Of a stretch of 64,000 nucleotides of DNA, positions 55,236 to 64,000 are shown in pieces. Position numbers and translations under genes: made by a program. The DNA comes from an uncultured Candidatus Micrarchaeota archaeon (GTDB lineage: Archaea > Micrarchaeota > Micrarchaeia > Norongarragalinales > CAINOH01). Positions within the stretch are counted from its first letter, which is position 1. Each line of letters starts with the position of its first letter. Under the pieces are notes generated by a model. It was not told where the DNA came from and made no database searches. It saw only the letters and a program-made list of their open reading frames with translations. Where the stretch lies: the NCBI GenBank assembly GCA_903851445.1, contig CAINOH010000023.1, forward strand, positions 10,518-74,517. Direction: 5' to 3'.

Positions 55236-55275
55236 ATGTTATCACACATTTACCGGCAATTATGTGTGATAACAT
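55236..55275 (+). promoter_or_regulatory. perfect 14-bp inverted repeat (operator candidate) upstream of the second Fic gene
   Basis: ATGTTATCACACAT-N12-ATGTGTGATAACAT ends 29 nt before ATG 55304. An imperfect copy lies at 54079-54118 (right arm ATGTGTGGTAAAAT). Confidence 0.5.
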
Positions 55276-55303
55276 TATTATCCTTCAAAATGCATAACAT
55301 ATT

Positions 55304-56233
55304 ATGAGAACCCGGAAGATGATGGTCAGAGGCAGCGCCTACTATTACTTGGAGGAAACCATCCGCCTGGAAATGCCCAAGACATATTCTGTTTTTCTCG
55401 GGAAAACTATTCCCAAAAAACTCAAGAAATCCAAAGAAAAACTTGAGCACAAGATTTATTCAGACATCTTGGGGAAAAGAACTTGGATTTACCTTTCCAG
55501 GAGGCAGCTCATCGAGGCAGAGAAGCATAACCGGCGCCAAAAAGCGAAGGTAACGAGATACGGAAAGGCGCGCCAAGATGAGCAGGACGAGGTAGAGGCG
55601 ATAGACTTTGTCTACACCACCCTCACCACCGAAGGTGTACCCATCACCCGGCAAGATGCTGACCTCGCCTATAAAATGGCTGAAAAAGGCGTCCGGAACA
55701 TACGCGACGAAAACCTCCGCGTAGCTTTGGGAATGGTCAAAGGACTAAGACAGGTAAAGGAAAGCAAAAAGGGATTGAGCAGGAACTTCATCCTCCAGCT
55801 TCATGGCACTATCATGTCCGAATATGGCGAAAAGCATCCCGGAAAATTCAGGGAAAAACCGGCAAAAATATACCTGAGAAGTTCCGAACGCTTGGAAGAA
55901 ATCGCGTTCAAGCCAAGCGCTCCGGAGCAGGTAACAAAAAAGATTGAAGCCCTGGTTGACTGGTACAACAAAAACGTGAATCGGTTGAACGCCATCGAGC
56001 TTGCGGCGCTCCTTCACCTGCGCCTTTACGAAATTCACCCGTTCGATGACGGAAACAAGCGGATGTCCAGGCTTCTGCTCAACAAGGCGTTCTTCGACAG
56101 CGGCTACCCTATCCTCAACATCTCAAGGCCGCCCGAACCCTACTTTGACACGCTCATCCGCTCGGTTGAAAACCATGATGAAAAGCCTTTCGTGACCTTT
56201 GTCTGGCAAAAATTCGTAAATGACATCGGATGA
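55304..56233 (+). CDS. Fic family protein (class II), GNK variant
   Basis: 309 aa with the Fic motif HPFDDGNKRMSR and the inhibitory-type motif TLTTEG upstream. The gene looks AT-rich by eye. Confidence 0.8.
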   Translation: MRTRKMMVRGSAYYYLEETIRLEMPKTYSVFLGKTIPKKLKKSKEKLEHKIYSDILGKRTWIYLSRRQLIEAEKHNRRQKAKVTRYGKARQDEQDEVEAIDFVYTTLTTEGVPITRQDADLAYKMAEKGVRNIRDENLRVALGMVKGLRQVKESKKGLSRNFILQLHGTIMSEYGEKHPGKFREKPAKIYLRSSERLEEIAFKPSAPEQVTKKIEALVDWYNKNVNRLNAIELAALLHLRLYEIHPFDDGNKRMSRLLLNKAFFDSGYPILNISRPPEPYFDTLIRSVENHDEKPFVTFVWQKFVNDIG

Positions 56234-56287
56234 CCAGACAACCTTGACTTGCCAAATATGGCAAGAAAATTTAGAAAGGGTGTCTAG

Positions 56288-56316
56288 ACAGGCGCTAGTC
56301 GTGCGGTCAAGGCGCT
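56288..56316 (+). repeat. degenerate copy 3 of the tRNA-Asp 3' end (att-like)
   Basis: Copy: ACAGGCGCTAGTCGTGCGGTCAAGGCGCT. GTCTAGAC sits at 56282-56289. The preceding 45 nt (CAAATATGGCAAGAAAATTTAGAAAG...) are homologous to 54001-54035. Confidence 0.7.
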
Positions 56317-56375
56317 TTCCTTTTCTTCCAGGCCAATCCGCAACGAATTAAAACAACCGTCAACCGCTCTTAATC

Positions 56376-56816
56376 ATGGCAAAACCTCGCGCGAAACTAA
56401 AAACACCGAAGAGTTCCGACGACCTGATTTTGATTGCGGGCATACTCTTGCTGCTCGTGGGTTCATATATGTTCTTCACATACGACAACAGCCAGCGGCA
56501 GGCAGCGGACGGCCAAGCGACTCTGACAGTAAAGCCGGGAATGGTCGTGCCGGTAATAAACGTGGGCGAAATATGCACAAAGAACGGCACCTCCTTTGCC
56601 ATGGATTACGCCAAGGCCCAAAGGATAGCAGCTAACAGCGAGTGCACCCAGAACGGCAGCACGCTCGGCACCGAGCACTGGTGCAACGAGGTTACCGGAA
56701 CGTGGTGGATAAGGACCAGCATCACAAAGCCCGGATGCAGCCCCACCTGCGTAATCAACGTCGAGACGCAAGCTGTTGAGATAAACTGGATGTGCACCGG
56801 ATTGAGAACGGGCTGA
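56376..56816 (+). CDS. hypothetical N-terminally anchored extracellular Cys-containing protein
   Basis: 146 aa with a basic N-terminus, a TM helix (LILIAGILLLLVGSYMFF) and a roughly 100-aa domain with 6 Cys. Confidence 0.5.
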   Translation: MAKPRAKLKTPKSSDDLILIAGILLLLVGSYMFFTYDNSQRQAADGQATLTVKPGMVVPVINVGEICTKNGTSFAMDYAKAQRIAANSECTQNGSTLGTEHWCNEVTGTWWIRTSITKPGCSPTCVINVETQAVEINWMCTGLRTG

Positions 56817-57007
56817 TTTAAAGGAAAGACGTCGGCAAACCGCCCTAGCTGTGGCCTAACCCTATTTTTTCCATAAACCAGTCAGCGGAAATGGAGTGGG
56901 GCGAGCGTTAAAATTGCTGCGGGTGCACATATTATGTCCCCTCTTTTATCCAGAAAACAGGACGGTCAGCGTAGAGGGCAAAAAGCCGATTTGGTTGGAA
57001 GAACTGG

Positions 57008-59050
57008 ATGCCCTTCGAACTCGTTTCCGAATACAAGCCTGCAGGCGACCAGCCGCAGGCCATTGAAAAGCTAGCCGAAGGCGTGAAGAAAGGAGGAAAG
57101 CAGACCCTCCTGGGGGTCACGGGCAGCGGAAAAACATATGTAATTAGCAACGTCATCGCCAAGACCGGAAAGAAAACGCTGATAATCTCGCACAACAAGA
57201 CCCTTGCAGCACAGCTTTACGGCGAGCTGCGGCAGTTTTTCCCGAAAAACAAGGTTGGGTACTTCGTATCCTACTACGACTACTATCAGCCTGAAAGCTA
57301 CATACCAGCTACGGACACCTACATCGAAAAGGACGTGGACATCAACGAGAAAATCGAGCAGATGAGGGTGGCCGCAACCGCGAACCTGCTTTCTCGCGAT
57401 GACGTAATCGTGGTCGCTACGGTCTCGGCAATCTACGGCCTGGGCTCGCCTGACGACTGGATTCACATGTCGCTTGAGGTCAGGCTGGGACAGAAGATTA
57501 CGCGGCAGAAGCTCCTTCGTGCGTTAATCCAGATGCAGTATACGCGCAACGAGTTCGACCTCGTGCCGGGAAAGTTCCGCGCAAAGGGCGACACCATAGA
57601 CGTGTTCCCGATGTACAGCACTGGCACGTTCATACGGGTTTCGCTTTTCGGGGACGAAATCGACTCGATATCCGAGCACGACTGCATCAACGGCAACAAG
57701 GTCAACTCCTTCCAGCAAATCCGCATCTACCCGGCGAAGCACTTCGTGATTCCGCCGGAAAGGATTGCCAAGGCCCTAGAGGGGATAAGGGCCGAGCTTG
57801 CCGAGAGGCTTCCCCAGCTTAGCGAGCTTGAAAGGTACAGGCTCAAGCAGAGGACCGAGTACGACATCGAGATGATAAAGAACACCGGCCACTGCAACGG
57901 CATCGAGAACTACTCGCGCTTCTTCACAGACCGGCTCCCTGGCGAGCCGCCGCACTGCCTGCTTGACTTCTTCCGAGATGACTTCCTCATAGTGGTGGAC
58001 GAGTCGCACATCACGCTCCCCCAGATTACCGGGATGCAGAAGGGCGACCACTCTAGGAAAAAGAACCTGATTGACTACGGATTCCGGCTCCCAAGCGCGT
58101 ACGACAACCGGCCGCTCACGTTCACCGAGTTTGAAAAATACACCAAGAATGTAATCTTTGTCTCAGCCACGCCTGCTGCTTATGAGTTCGAACACTCCGA
58201 CTTTGTTGTCGAACAGCTCGTGCGACCAACCGGGTTGCTTGACCCCAAGCCCGAAGTGCGGCCAACTGTCGGCCAGGTCGATGACCTGGTGCGGGAGCTC
58301 AAGGCGCTTGAGAAGAAGGGCTGGCGCGCATTCGTGACCACATTGACCAAGAGGATGGCCGAGGACTTGACGGATTACCTTGTGAAGGAAGGGGTCAAGG
58401 CGCGCTATTTGCACTCCGAAATCGAGACGCTTGAGCGGACGGACATCATCCGCAGGCTGCGGCTCGGAGAGTTCGACGTGCTTGTCGGAATCAACCTGCT
58501 CCGCGAGGGCCTGGACGTGCCAGAAGTCGCGCTCGTTGCGGTCTTCGACGCAGACAAGGAAGGCTTCCTGCGAAACGCAAGGAGCTTGATACAGGTTTTT
58601 GGCAGGGCTGCGCGAAACGTGGATGGAAGAGTAATAATGTATGCGGACAGGATTACGGACTCGATGAAACAGGCGATTGAGGAGACCGAGCGCAGGCGCG
58701 CAATACAGGAAAAGTACAACATCGAGCACAACATCACGCCCAAGACAATCATCAAGGCTGTTGAGAAGACCGAGGCCGAGGTCGGCCAGACTCGGAACTA
58801 TGCGAGGAGCGAGCTTGCCCGCGTGATTATTGACACCGAGGCGCAGATGAAGAACGCGGCTGACTCAATGGACTTCGAGACTGCGATAATGCTGCGGGAC
58901 AAGCTGGCTGGCCTGCGGAAGCAGATGGGCCAGAAGGACAGGGATGCTGATTACCAGAGGAAGAAAATAGCGGACAAGGCTGAAGCGAAAGTTGTAGCCA
59001 AGGCCGTGGCAAAGGAAGAGAAAATTCAGGCAAAGAAATTGAAAAAATGA
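57008..59050 (+). CDS. uvrB: excinuclease ABC subunit B
   Basis: 680 aa with GVTGSGKT Walker A, DESH, helicase motifs and the C-terminal UVR motif ([16 protein letters not shown]). Confidence 0.95.
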   Translation: MPFELVSEYKPAGDQPQAIEKLAEGVKKGGKQTLLGVTGSGKTYVISNVIAKTGKKTLIISHNKTLAAQLYGELRQFFPKNKVGYFVSYYDYYQPESYIPATDTYIEKDVDINEKIEQMRVAATANLLSRDDVIVVATVSAIYGLGSPDDWIHMSLEVRLGQKITRQKLLRALIQMQYTRNEFDLVPGKFRAKGDTIDVFPMYSTGTFIRVSLFGDEIDSISEHDCINGNKVNSFQQIRIYPAKHFVIPPERIAKALEGIRAELAERLPQLSELERYRLKQRTEYDIEMIKNTGHCNGIENYSRFFTDRLPGEPPHCLLDFFRDDFLIVVDESHITLPQITGMQKGDHSRKKNLIDYGFRLPSAYDNRPLTFTEFEKYTKNVIFVSATPAAYEFEHSDFVVEQLVRPTGLLDPKPEVRPTVGQVDDLVRELKALEKKGWRAFVTTLTKRMAEDLTDYLVKEGVKARYLHSEIETLERTDIIRRLRLGEFDVLVGINLLREGLDVPEVALVAVFDADKEGFLRNARSLIQVFGRAARNVDGRVIMYADRITDSMKQAIEETERRRAIQEKYNIEHNITPKTIIKAVEKTEAEVGQTRNYARSELARVIIDTEAQMKNAADSMDFETAIMLRDKLAGLRKQMGQKDRDADYQRKKIADKAEAKVVAKAVAKEEKIQAKKLKK

Positions 59051-59077
59051 AAGAAGGAAGGAAAGGCGAACACGATT

Positions 59078-61891
59078 ATGCAAGACAAGATTATTGTAAG
59101 GGGAGCACGCGAGCACAACCTCAAGAACGTGCACGTCGAAATCCCGAAGAACAAGCTAACCGTGTTCACCGGAATCTCAGGCAGCGGCAAGTCTAGCCTC
59201 GCTTTTGACACGATTTACGCGGAAGGCCAGCGAAGGTACGTCGAATCGCTCTCGGCCTATGCGCGCCAGTTCCTTGGGATGATGAACAAGCCCGACGTCG
59301 ACTCCATCGAAGGGCTCTCGCCGGCAATCTCAATCGAGCAGAAGTCGTCATCGAACAACCCGCGCTCAACAGTCGGGACCATCACCGAAGTCTACGACTA
59401 CCTGCGCCTTCTCTTTGCGCGAATCGGGGTGCCGCACTGCCCGGTATGTGGGAATAAGATTTCAAGCACCACGGTGGACGCAATCGTCACTGCGATTATG
59501 GCGCAAAAGCACGGAACCAAGGTGCAGATACTCTCGCCCGCAGTCGAGGGCAAGAAGGGTGCCTACGAAAAGTTCTTCGCGGATTTGTCAAGGCAGGGCT
59601 TCTCGCGCGTGCGCGTTGACGGCGAGCTTTACGAAATCGGCGCGGAAATCAGGCTCGAAAAGAACGTGAAACACTCCATCGAAGTGGTGGTGGACAGGCT
59701 TGCGATTGATGACACGCAAAAGCAGCGGGTCTACGACGCGGTCTCAACAGCAGTCAAGCTCTCTAAGGGCGCGGTAATCGCAATCATCGGCTCGGAGGAA
59801 AAGAGGTTCTCGACCCTGAACGCGTGCATCGAGCACGGCATATCAATCGGAGAGCTCGAGCCGCGGATGTTCTCATTCAACGCTCCCTTTGGCGCGTGCC
59901 CGGAATGCCACGGACTGGGAGTCAAGCTTGAGTTTGACGAAGATTTGATTATCCCGGACAGGACAAAGACGCTGCTTGAAGGCGCAATCGAGCCGTGGGG
60001 AAACAACTTCAACGGGTACCGCGCGCAAGCGCTGCAAAGCGTTGCAAAACACTGCGGTTTCGACATGTACACGCCGGTGTGCAAGCTTTCCAAAAAACAC
60101 CTCCAGGTAATCCTCCACGGGACTGACGAGTCAATCCCGTTCAACTACAAGGCCCGCAGCGGCACCTCGAAATGGTCTTACGTGGGCGGGTTCGAGGGCG
60201 TGGTGCCACAGCTTGAGCGGCTCTACAGGGAGACTGACTCGCCTGAACGCAGGCAGGATATGGAAAAGTACATGCGCGAGACTCTGTGCCCGGCGTGCAA
60301 GGGTGCGAGGCTCAAGCCAGAGATGCTCTGCGTCAAGGTAGGCGACAAGAACATCATCGAGGTTACTGACCTCTCAATCGGCAGGTGCCTGGAGTTCTTT
60401 GCCGAGCTTCCGCTTTCCGAATACGAGAACAGCGTTGCCAGGATGATTCTCAAGGAAATACGCGAGCGCCTCCTCTTCCTGCACGAGGTGGGGCTTGACT
60501 ACATCACGCTCTCGCGAAAGGCGGGCACGCTCTCGGGAGGCGAGGCGCAGAGAATCCGTCTTGCCACGCAGATTGGAAGCAACCTCTCCGGCGTGCTTTA
60601 CATACTGGACGAGCCGAGCATAGGCCTGCACCAGCGCGACAACGAAAAGCTCATCGCCACCCTCCGAAGACTGCGCGACCTTGGCAACACGGTAATAGTT
60701 GTTGAGCACGACGAGGACACCATACTCGCGGCTGACCACGTGATTGAAATCGGGCCCGGCGCCGGCAAGCACGGCGGCCAGATAGTCGCAACCGGGACGC
60801 CCCTTCAAATCAAGCAGAACCCCGACTCCCTTACCGGCCAGTACCTTGCAAAGCTCAAGACGATACCGATTCCGCTTTCCCGCAGGCCGGTTGGGGACAG
60901 GTTCGTGACTGTCCGCGGTGCAAAGGAGAACAACCTCAAGAACATCGATGTTTCCTTCCCGCTCGGGTTGTTCACTTGTGTGACCGGGGTGAGCGGCAGC
61001 GGAAAGAGCACGCTCGTGCTTGAGACCCTTGAGGCTGGCCTGCACAAGCAGCTCTACAACGCAGGCTATGCAGTCGGCGCCCACGACAGGATTGAGGGCG
61101 TGGAGTTCATCGACAAGGTCATCTCGATTGACCAGCAGCCAATCGGACGGAGCCCGCGCTCAAACCCGGCAACGTACATCGGCCTGTTCACTCCAATCAG
61201 GGAAATTTTTGCCAAGACGCAGGACGCACAGGTGGCCGGCTTCGGTCCCGGAAGGTTCTCGTTCAACGTTGCCGAGGGAAGGTGCCAGGACTGCGACGGC
61301 GACGGGCTGAAGAAGATTGAGATGCACTTTTTAGCAGACGTCTTCGTGACCTGCGAGACCTGCAGGGGAAAGCGATACGACTCGGAGACCCTTGAAATAG
61401 AGTACAACGGAAAGAACATCGCGGACGTCCTGGATATGACCGTCGAGGAAGCTGCCGCGTTCTTTGCAAAAATCCCGCAGGTAAAGAACAAGCTGGACAC
61501 TCTATTGGACGTCGGGCTCGGCTACATCAAGCTCGGCCAGTCCGCGACAACCCTTTCAGGAGGCGAGGCGCAGCGCATCAAGCTTGCTGCCGAGCTTTCA
61601 AAACGCGACACCGGGAGCACGGTCTACGTGCTTGACGAGCCGACCACCGGGCTGCACTTCGAGGACATCAAGAAGCTCCTGCTTGTGCTGCACCGGCTGG
61701 TTGACAAGAAAAACACAGTCATCGTAATCGAGCACAACTTGGAAGTCATCAAGACTGCTGATTACATCATTGACCTCGGCCCGGATGGCGGCGAACGGGG
61801 CGGAATGGTCGTGGCAAAGGGCACGCCGGAGCAGGTTGCAAAGGTGAAGAGCTCGCACACTGCCGCGTTCCTAAAAAGGATGCTTTCCTGA
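59078..61891 (+). CDS. uvrA: excinuclease ABC subunit A
   Basis: 937 aa with two ABC modules ([28 protein letters not shown] twice) and zinc modules. Confidence 0.95.
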   Translation: MQDKIIVRGAREHNLKNVHVEIPKNKLTVFTGISGSGKSSLAFDTIYAEGQRRYVESLSAYARQFLGMMNKPDVDSIEGLSPAISIEQKSSSNNPRSTVGTITEVYDYLRLLFARIGVPHCPVCGNKISSTTVDAIVTAIMAQKHGTKVQILSPAVEGKKGAYEKFFADLSRQGFSRVRVDGELYEIGAEIRLEKNVKHSIEVVVDRLAIDDTQKQRVYDAVSTAVKLSKGAVIAIIGSEEKRFSTLNACIEHGISIGELEPRMFSFNAPFGACPECHGLGVKLEFDEDLIIPDRTKTLLEGAIEPWGNNFNGYRAQALQSVAKHCGFDMYTPVCKLSKKHLQVILHGTDESIPFNYKARSGTSKWSYVGGFEGVVPQLERLYRETDSPERRQDMEKYMRETLCPACKGARLKPEMLCVKVGDKNIIEVTDLSIGRCLEFFAELPLSEYENSVARMILKEIRERLLFLHEVGLDYITLSRKAGTLSGGEAQRIRLATQIGSNLSGVLYILDEPSIGLHQRDNEKLIATLRRLRDLGNTVIVVEHDEDTILAADHVIEIGPGAGKHGGQIVATGTPLQIKQNPDSLTGQYLAKLKTIPIPLSRRPVGDRFVTVRGAKENNLKNIDVSFPLGLFTCVTGVSGSGKSTLVLETLEAGLHKQLYNAGYAVGAHDRIEGVEFIDKVISIDQQPIGRSPRSNPATYIGLFTPIREIFAKTQDAQVAGFGPGRFSFNVAEGRCQDCDGDGLKKIEMHFLADVFVTCETCRGKRYDSETLEIEYNGKNIADVLDMTVEEAAAFFAKIPQVKNKLDTLLDVGLGYIKLGQSATTLSGGEAQRIKLAAELSKRDTGSTVYVLDEPTTGLHFEDIKKLLLVLHRLVDKKNTVIVIEHNLEVIKTADYIIDLGPDGGERGGMVVAKGTPEQVAKVKSSHTAAFLKRMLS

Positions 61892-61906
61892 GCGTATTGG
61901 TTGAAA

Positions 61907-63484
61907 ATGGTCAAAGCCTTCAATGCACCGTCGCTTCCCGGGATCTACCTGATGAAGGACGCCAAAGGCGAAATCATCTACATTGGCAAGGCCAAGGACA
62001 TCAAAAAGCGCGTCGCGTCGTATTTTCGCAACAGCGCTGACTTGCCGGACAAGACCATACGCCAGGTTGCCGAGACCGACACGGTCGAGTTCATCGTAAC
62101 AGACAACGAAATCGAGGCCCTTGTCCTTGAGGCCAACCTCATCCGCAAGAACCGGCCAAAGTACAACATCGACCTGAAGGACTCCTTCCGATACGCCTAT
62201 GTTCTTGTGACCGCCGAGGAATTCCCCCGGATGCTCACCGTGCGAAAGCTTACGGGAAAAGAAAAAGGCAAGGTGCTCGGGCCCTTCGTTTTTGGAGAAC
62301 AGCGCGCAATCGCAATTACCGCATTGCGAAAGACTTTCAAAATCCGCACCTGCAAGCACCTGCCAAAGCGCGAGTGCCTCCTTTACCACATCGGCCAGTG
62401 CTCTGCGCCCTGCATCGGCAAGATATCCAAGGAAGACTACAAGGCGAACGTCGATTCCGCCGTGCGAAGCCTCGAAGGAAACAACGAGACTTTGGTTGGG
62501 GAGCTTGCGAAGAGGATGTCCGAAGCGTCAAGGAACCAGCGATTCGAGGAGGCCCTGAAGCTGCGCGAGCAAATCAGGGCGCTGGGGGGGATGGGCGAAG
62601 AACAGAAGATGGAAACTAGGCTTGCCTACGACCAGGACTTCATAGGGTTTGCCGCTGACCGCGAGAAGGCCTGCGGCCAGGTGTTCAACCTTACGCGCGG
62701 CACCATAAAGCAGAGGCAGACGTTCAGGTTCGACTCCACCTCCGACCTCGTGCCACAATTCCTGCGCGAATACTACTCCTACGCCCACATCCCGGAGGAA
62801 ATCGTCATTGCAGACGAGCTTGAGGAGGCGCCTGCGCTCATGGAATTCCTCTCAAGGAAAGCCGGGAAGAAAGTGCGCATCGTAGTGCCCAAGAAGGGCT
62901 CGAAGAAGGAGCTTCTCGACCTTGTGGAAAAGAACGCGGCAATCGCGCTGAACACCTCGGTATCGCCAGCTCTTGCCGAGCTCAAGTCCGCATTGCGGCT
63001 GCCCCTTCTTCCGCGGATTATGGAGTGCTTTGACATTTCCAACCTCGGAAAGGAGAACACTGTCGCAAGCATGGTCAGGTTCAAGGACGGCACACCGGAC
63101 AGGGACAACTACAGGCAGTTTCGGATTAGGACGCTGACTGGACAGAACGACTTTGACGCAATCAAAGAAGCTGTTGGCCGCAGGTATCGCCGCCTGCTTG
63201 AAGAAAACCAGCAACTCCCCGACCTAATCGTCATCGACGGCGGCAAGGGCCAGCTGCACGCCGCAATCGAGGCATTGCTTGAATTGGGCGAGCGCGACAT
63301 CCCAATCATCTCCCTTGCAAAAAAGAACGAGGAAGTCTATTTGCCCACGCGAAGCATGCCCGTTGGCCTTGACCGCAGGAGCGCGGGACTGAAAGTGCTG
63401 CAGGCAATCCGCGACGAGGCGCACCGGTTCGCAAAACGCTACCACACGAAACTGCGCACTAACGAGTTCATTGTGGAAAAATGA
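61907..63484 (+). CDS. uvrC: excinuclease ABC subunit C, lacking the C-terminal (HhH)2 domain
   Basis: About 525 aa with GIY-YIG (PGIYLMKD..IYIGKAK), a UVR motif (RFEEALKLREQIRAL) and an endonuclease domain ending DEAHRFA. It stops about 70 aa short of typical UvrC. The alternative TTG start is at 61901. Confidence 0.88.
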   Translation: MVKAFNAPSLPGIYLMKDAKGEIIYIGKAKDIKKRVASYFRNSADLPDKTIRQVAETDTVEFIVTDNEIEALVLEANLIRKNRPKYNIDLKDSFRYAYVLVTAEEFPRMLTVRKLTGKEKGKVLGPFVFGEQRAIAITALRKTFKIRTCKHLPKRECLLYHIGQCSAPCIGKISKEDYKANVDSAVRSLEGNNETLVGELAKRMSEASRNQRFEEALKLREQIRALGGMGEEQKMETRLAYDQDFIGFAADREKACGQVFNLTRGTIKQRQTFRFDSTSDLVPQFLREYYSYAHIPEEIVIADELEEAPALMEFLSRKAGKKVRIVVPKKGSKKELLDLVEKNAAIALNTSVSPALAELKSALRLPLLPRIMECFDISNLGKENTVASMVRFKDGTPDRDNYRQFRIRTLTGQNDFDAIKEAVGRRYRRLLEENQQLPDLIVIDGGKGQLHAAIEALLELGERDIPIISLAKKNEEVYLPTRSMPVGLDRRSAGLKVLQAIRDEAHRFAKRYHTKLRTNEFIVEK

Positions 63485-63561
63485 AAAGTGTAGTGCCTAA
63501 CTCCACTGAACTGCGCACTACTGAGTTTGTTGCGGAAAAATGAAAAGTGTAGTGCCTAACT
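63451..63561 (+). repeat. tandem duplication (2 x 52 nt, period 59) covering the last 11 codons and stop of uvrC
   Basis: 63451-63502 and 63510-63561 match at 47 of 52 positions. The second copy still reads ELRTTEFVAEK-stop, against KLRTNEFIVEK-stop in the first. Confidence 0.8.
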
Positions 63562-63583
63562 TTCCAAGAAATAGCCAGCGGAA

Positions 63584-64000
63584 CTAGCCATTGCCGGTGA
63601 CCAGTCCCGTCGCAGGCGACACGCCGGTCCCTGCCTGCTCGAACGAGGTGGCGTTCTGGGCGACGTTCCTGAGCACGAACTGGGTGTGCACAATCGACCT
63701 TGCGTACTGCAGGAGAACGCTGGTCGGGTTGATGGAAATTATGCGCGTGCCGCGGTCAGTCACGAAGTTCACGGCCTTGGACGGCAGGTTGTTGGTGGTC
63801 GTATTGTACCCGAGCATCGTCGCCGTTGGCGAGCCGTCCGCGTTTGCGAACTGGCCGCCGTTTCCCTGGCCGGGGTCTATCAGCGCGCAGATGTAGCGCG
63901 CGTTGGCGGAGTTCTCGTACGCATAGTCGGTCACGCACAAAATGCACTGGTCAACAGAATAGTTCAGGGTGATTGCCGCTGATTCGGAGGAGGAGTAAGT
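63584..64000 (-). CDS. C-terminal part of a hypothetical (probably secreted) protein, with its 5' end outside the window
   Basis: The reading frame is open from the window edge (TYSSSESAAITLNYSVDQC...) to the stop at 63584. The sequence is Asn/Thr/Gly-rich. No family recognised. Confidence 0.45.
   Translation of the reverse strand, partial: TYSSSESAAITLNYSVDQCILCVTDYAYENSANARYICALIDPGQGNGGQFANADGSPTATMLGYNTTTNNLPSKAVNFVTDRGTRIISINPTSVLLQYARSIVHTQFVLRNVAQNATSFEQAGTGVSPATGLVTGNG

Larger units (their letters stand above)
53219..56316. mobile_element. tandem single-gene cassettes inserted at the 3' end of tRNA-Asp (decayed integrated-element array, no integrase)
   Basis: Three partial copies of the tRNA 3' end and recurrent GTCTAGAC palindromes delimit three units of about 0.85-1.15 kb. 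The region looks AT-richer than its flanks by eye. Confidence 0.4.

Noticed and set aside
63451-63561. The 59-nt-period direct repeat considered as a possible CRISPR array or minisatellite.
   Set aside because: There are only two copies, the first overlaps the uvrC coding end, the spacing does not fit a spacer-repeat architecture, and no cas genes are present.

Overview
This is a 64-kb, gene-dense archaeal chromosome segment that looks GC-rich (high-50s % by eye). The archaeal call rests on these genes: an A-type ATP synthase operon (H-I-K-K-E-C-F-A-B-D, minus strand, 11990-21109), family-B DNA polymerase, the proteasome/exosome superoperon (psmA-SBDS-rrp4-rrp41-rrp42-L37Ae), RNase P Pop5, archaeal-type TyrRS and MetAP2, and a tRNA-His with encoded G-1. 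Other housekeeping genes are ahcY, a pgk-gap pair, a Ca-type P-type ATPase, a pyrimidine block (carA-carB, pyrI-pyrB, pyrC), a trmJ-like methyltransferase, DedA, a class-IV aminotransferase and bacterial-type uvrB-uvrA-uvrC. The ORF track opens ORFs at TTG/GTG as well as ATG, so I trimmed N-terminal extensions where an internal ATG fits homologues. Three parts are not housekeeping. (i) 3.3-11.9 kb is a cell-surface block: three small prepilin-like proteins converge on a 1490-aa surface protein, an 80-aa 2-TM protein and a 4-TM/disordered/double-zinc-ribbon protein. (ii) 52.5-56.3 kb is an islet that looks AT-richer, centred on tRNA-Asp. It holds one Doc-like and two Fic proteins plus a DUF3795-like Cys-rich protein. 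Three decayed copies of the tRNA 3' end, each preceded by a GTCTAGAC palindrome, divide it into single-gene units, and no integrase is present. (iii) 28272-28323 is a candidate C/D box sRNA next to tRNA-His. Smaller oddities are a strongly divergent, insertion-bearing PGK beside a bacterial-type GAPDH, two tandem proteolipid genes split by a structured 209-nt spacer, a tandem pair of unknown membrane paralogues inside the pyrimidine block, an apparently frameshifted ORF after tyrS, and a uvrC that lacks the HhH domain and whose 3' end is tandemly duplicated. I saw no CRISPR array, rRNA, transposase or integrase. The lineage guess (an uncultivated, surface-protein-rich archaeon, possibly DPANN-like) is inference only. 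Hand-derived coordinates for RNAs and repeats were anchored to neighbouring ORF ends and should be good to about 1-2 nt.
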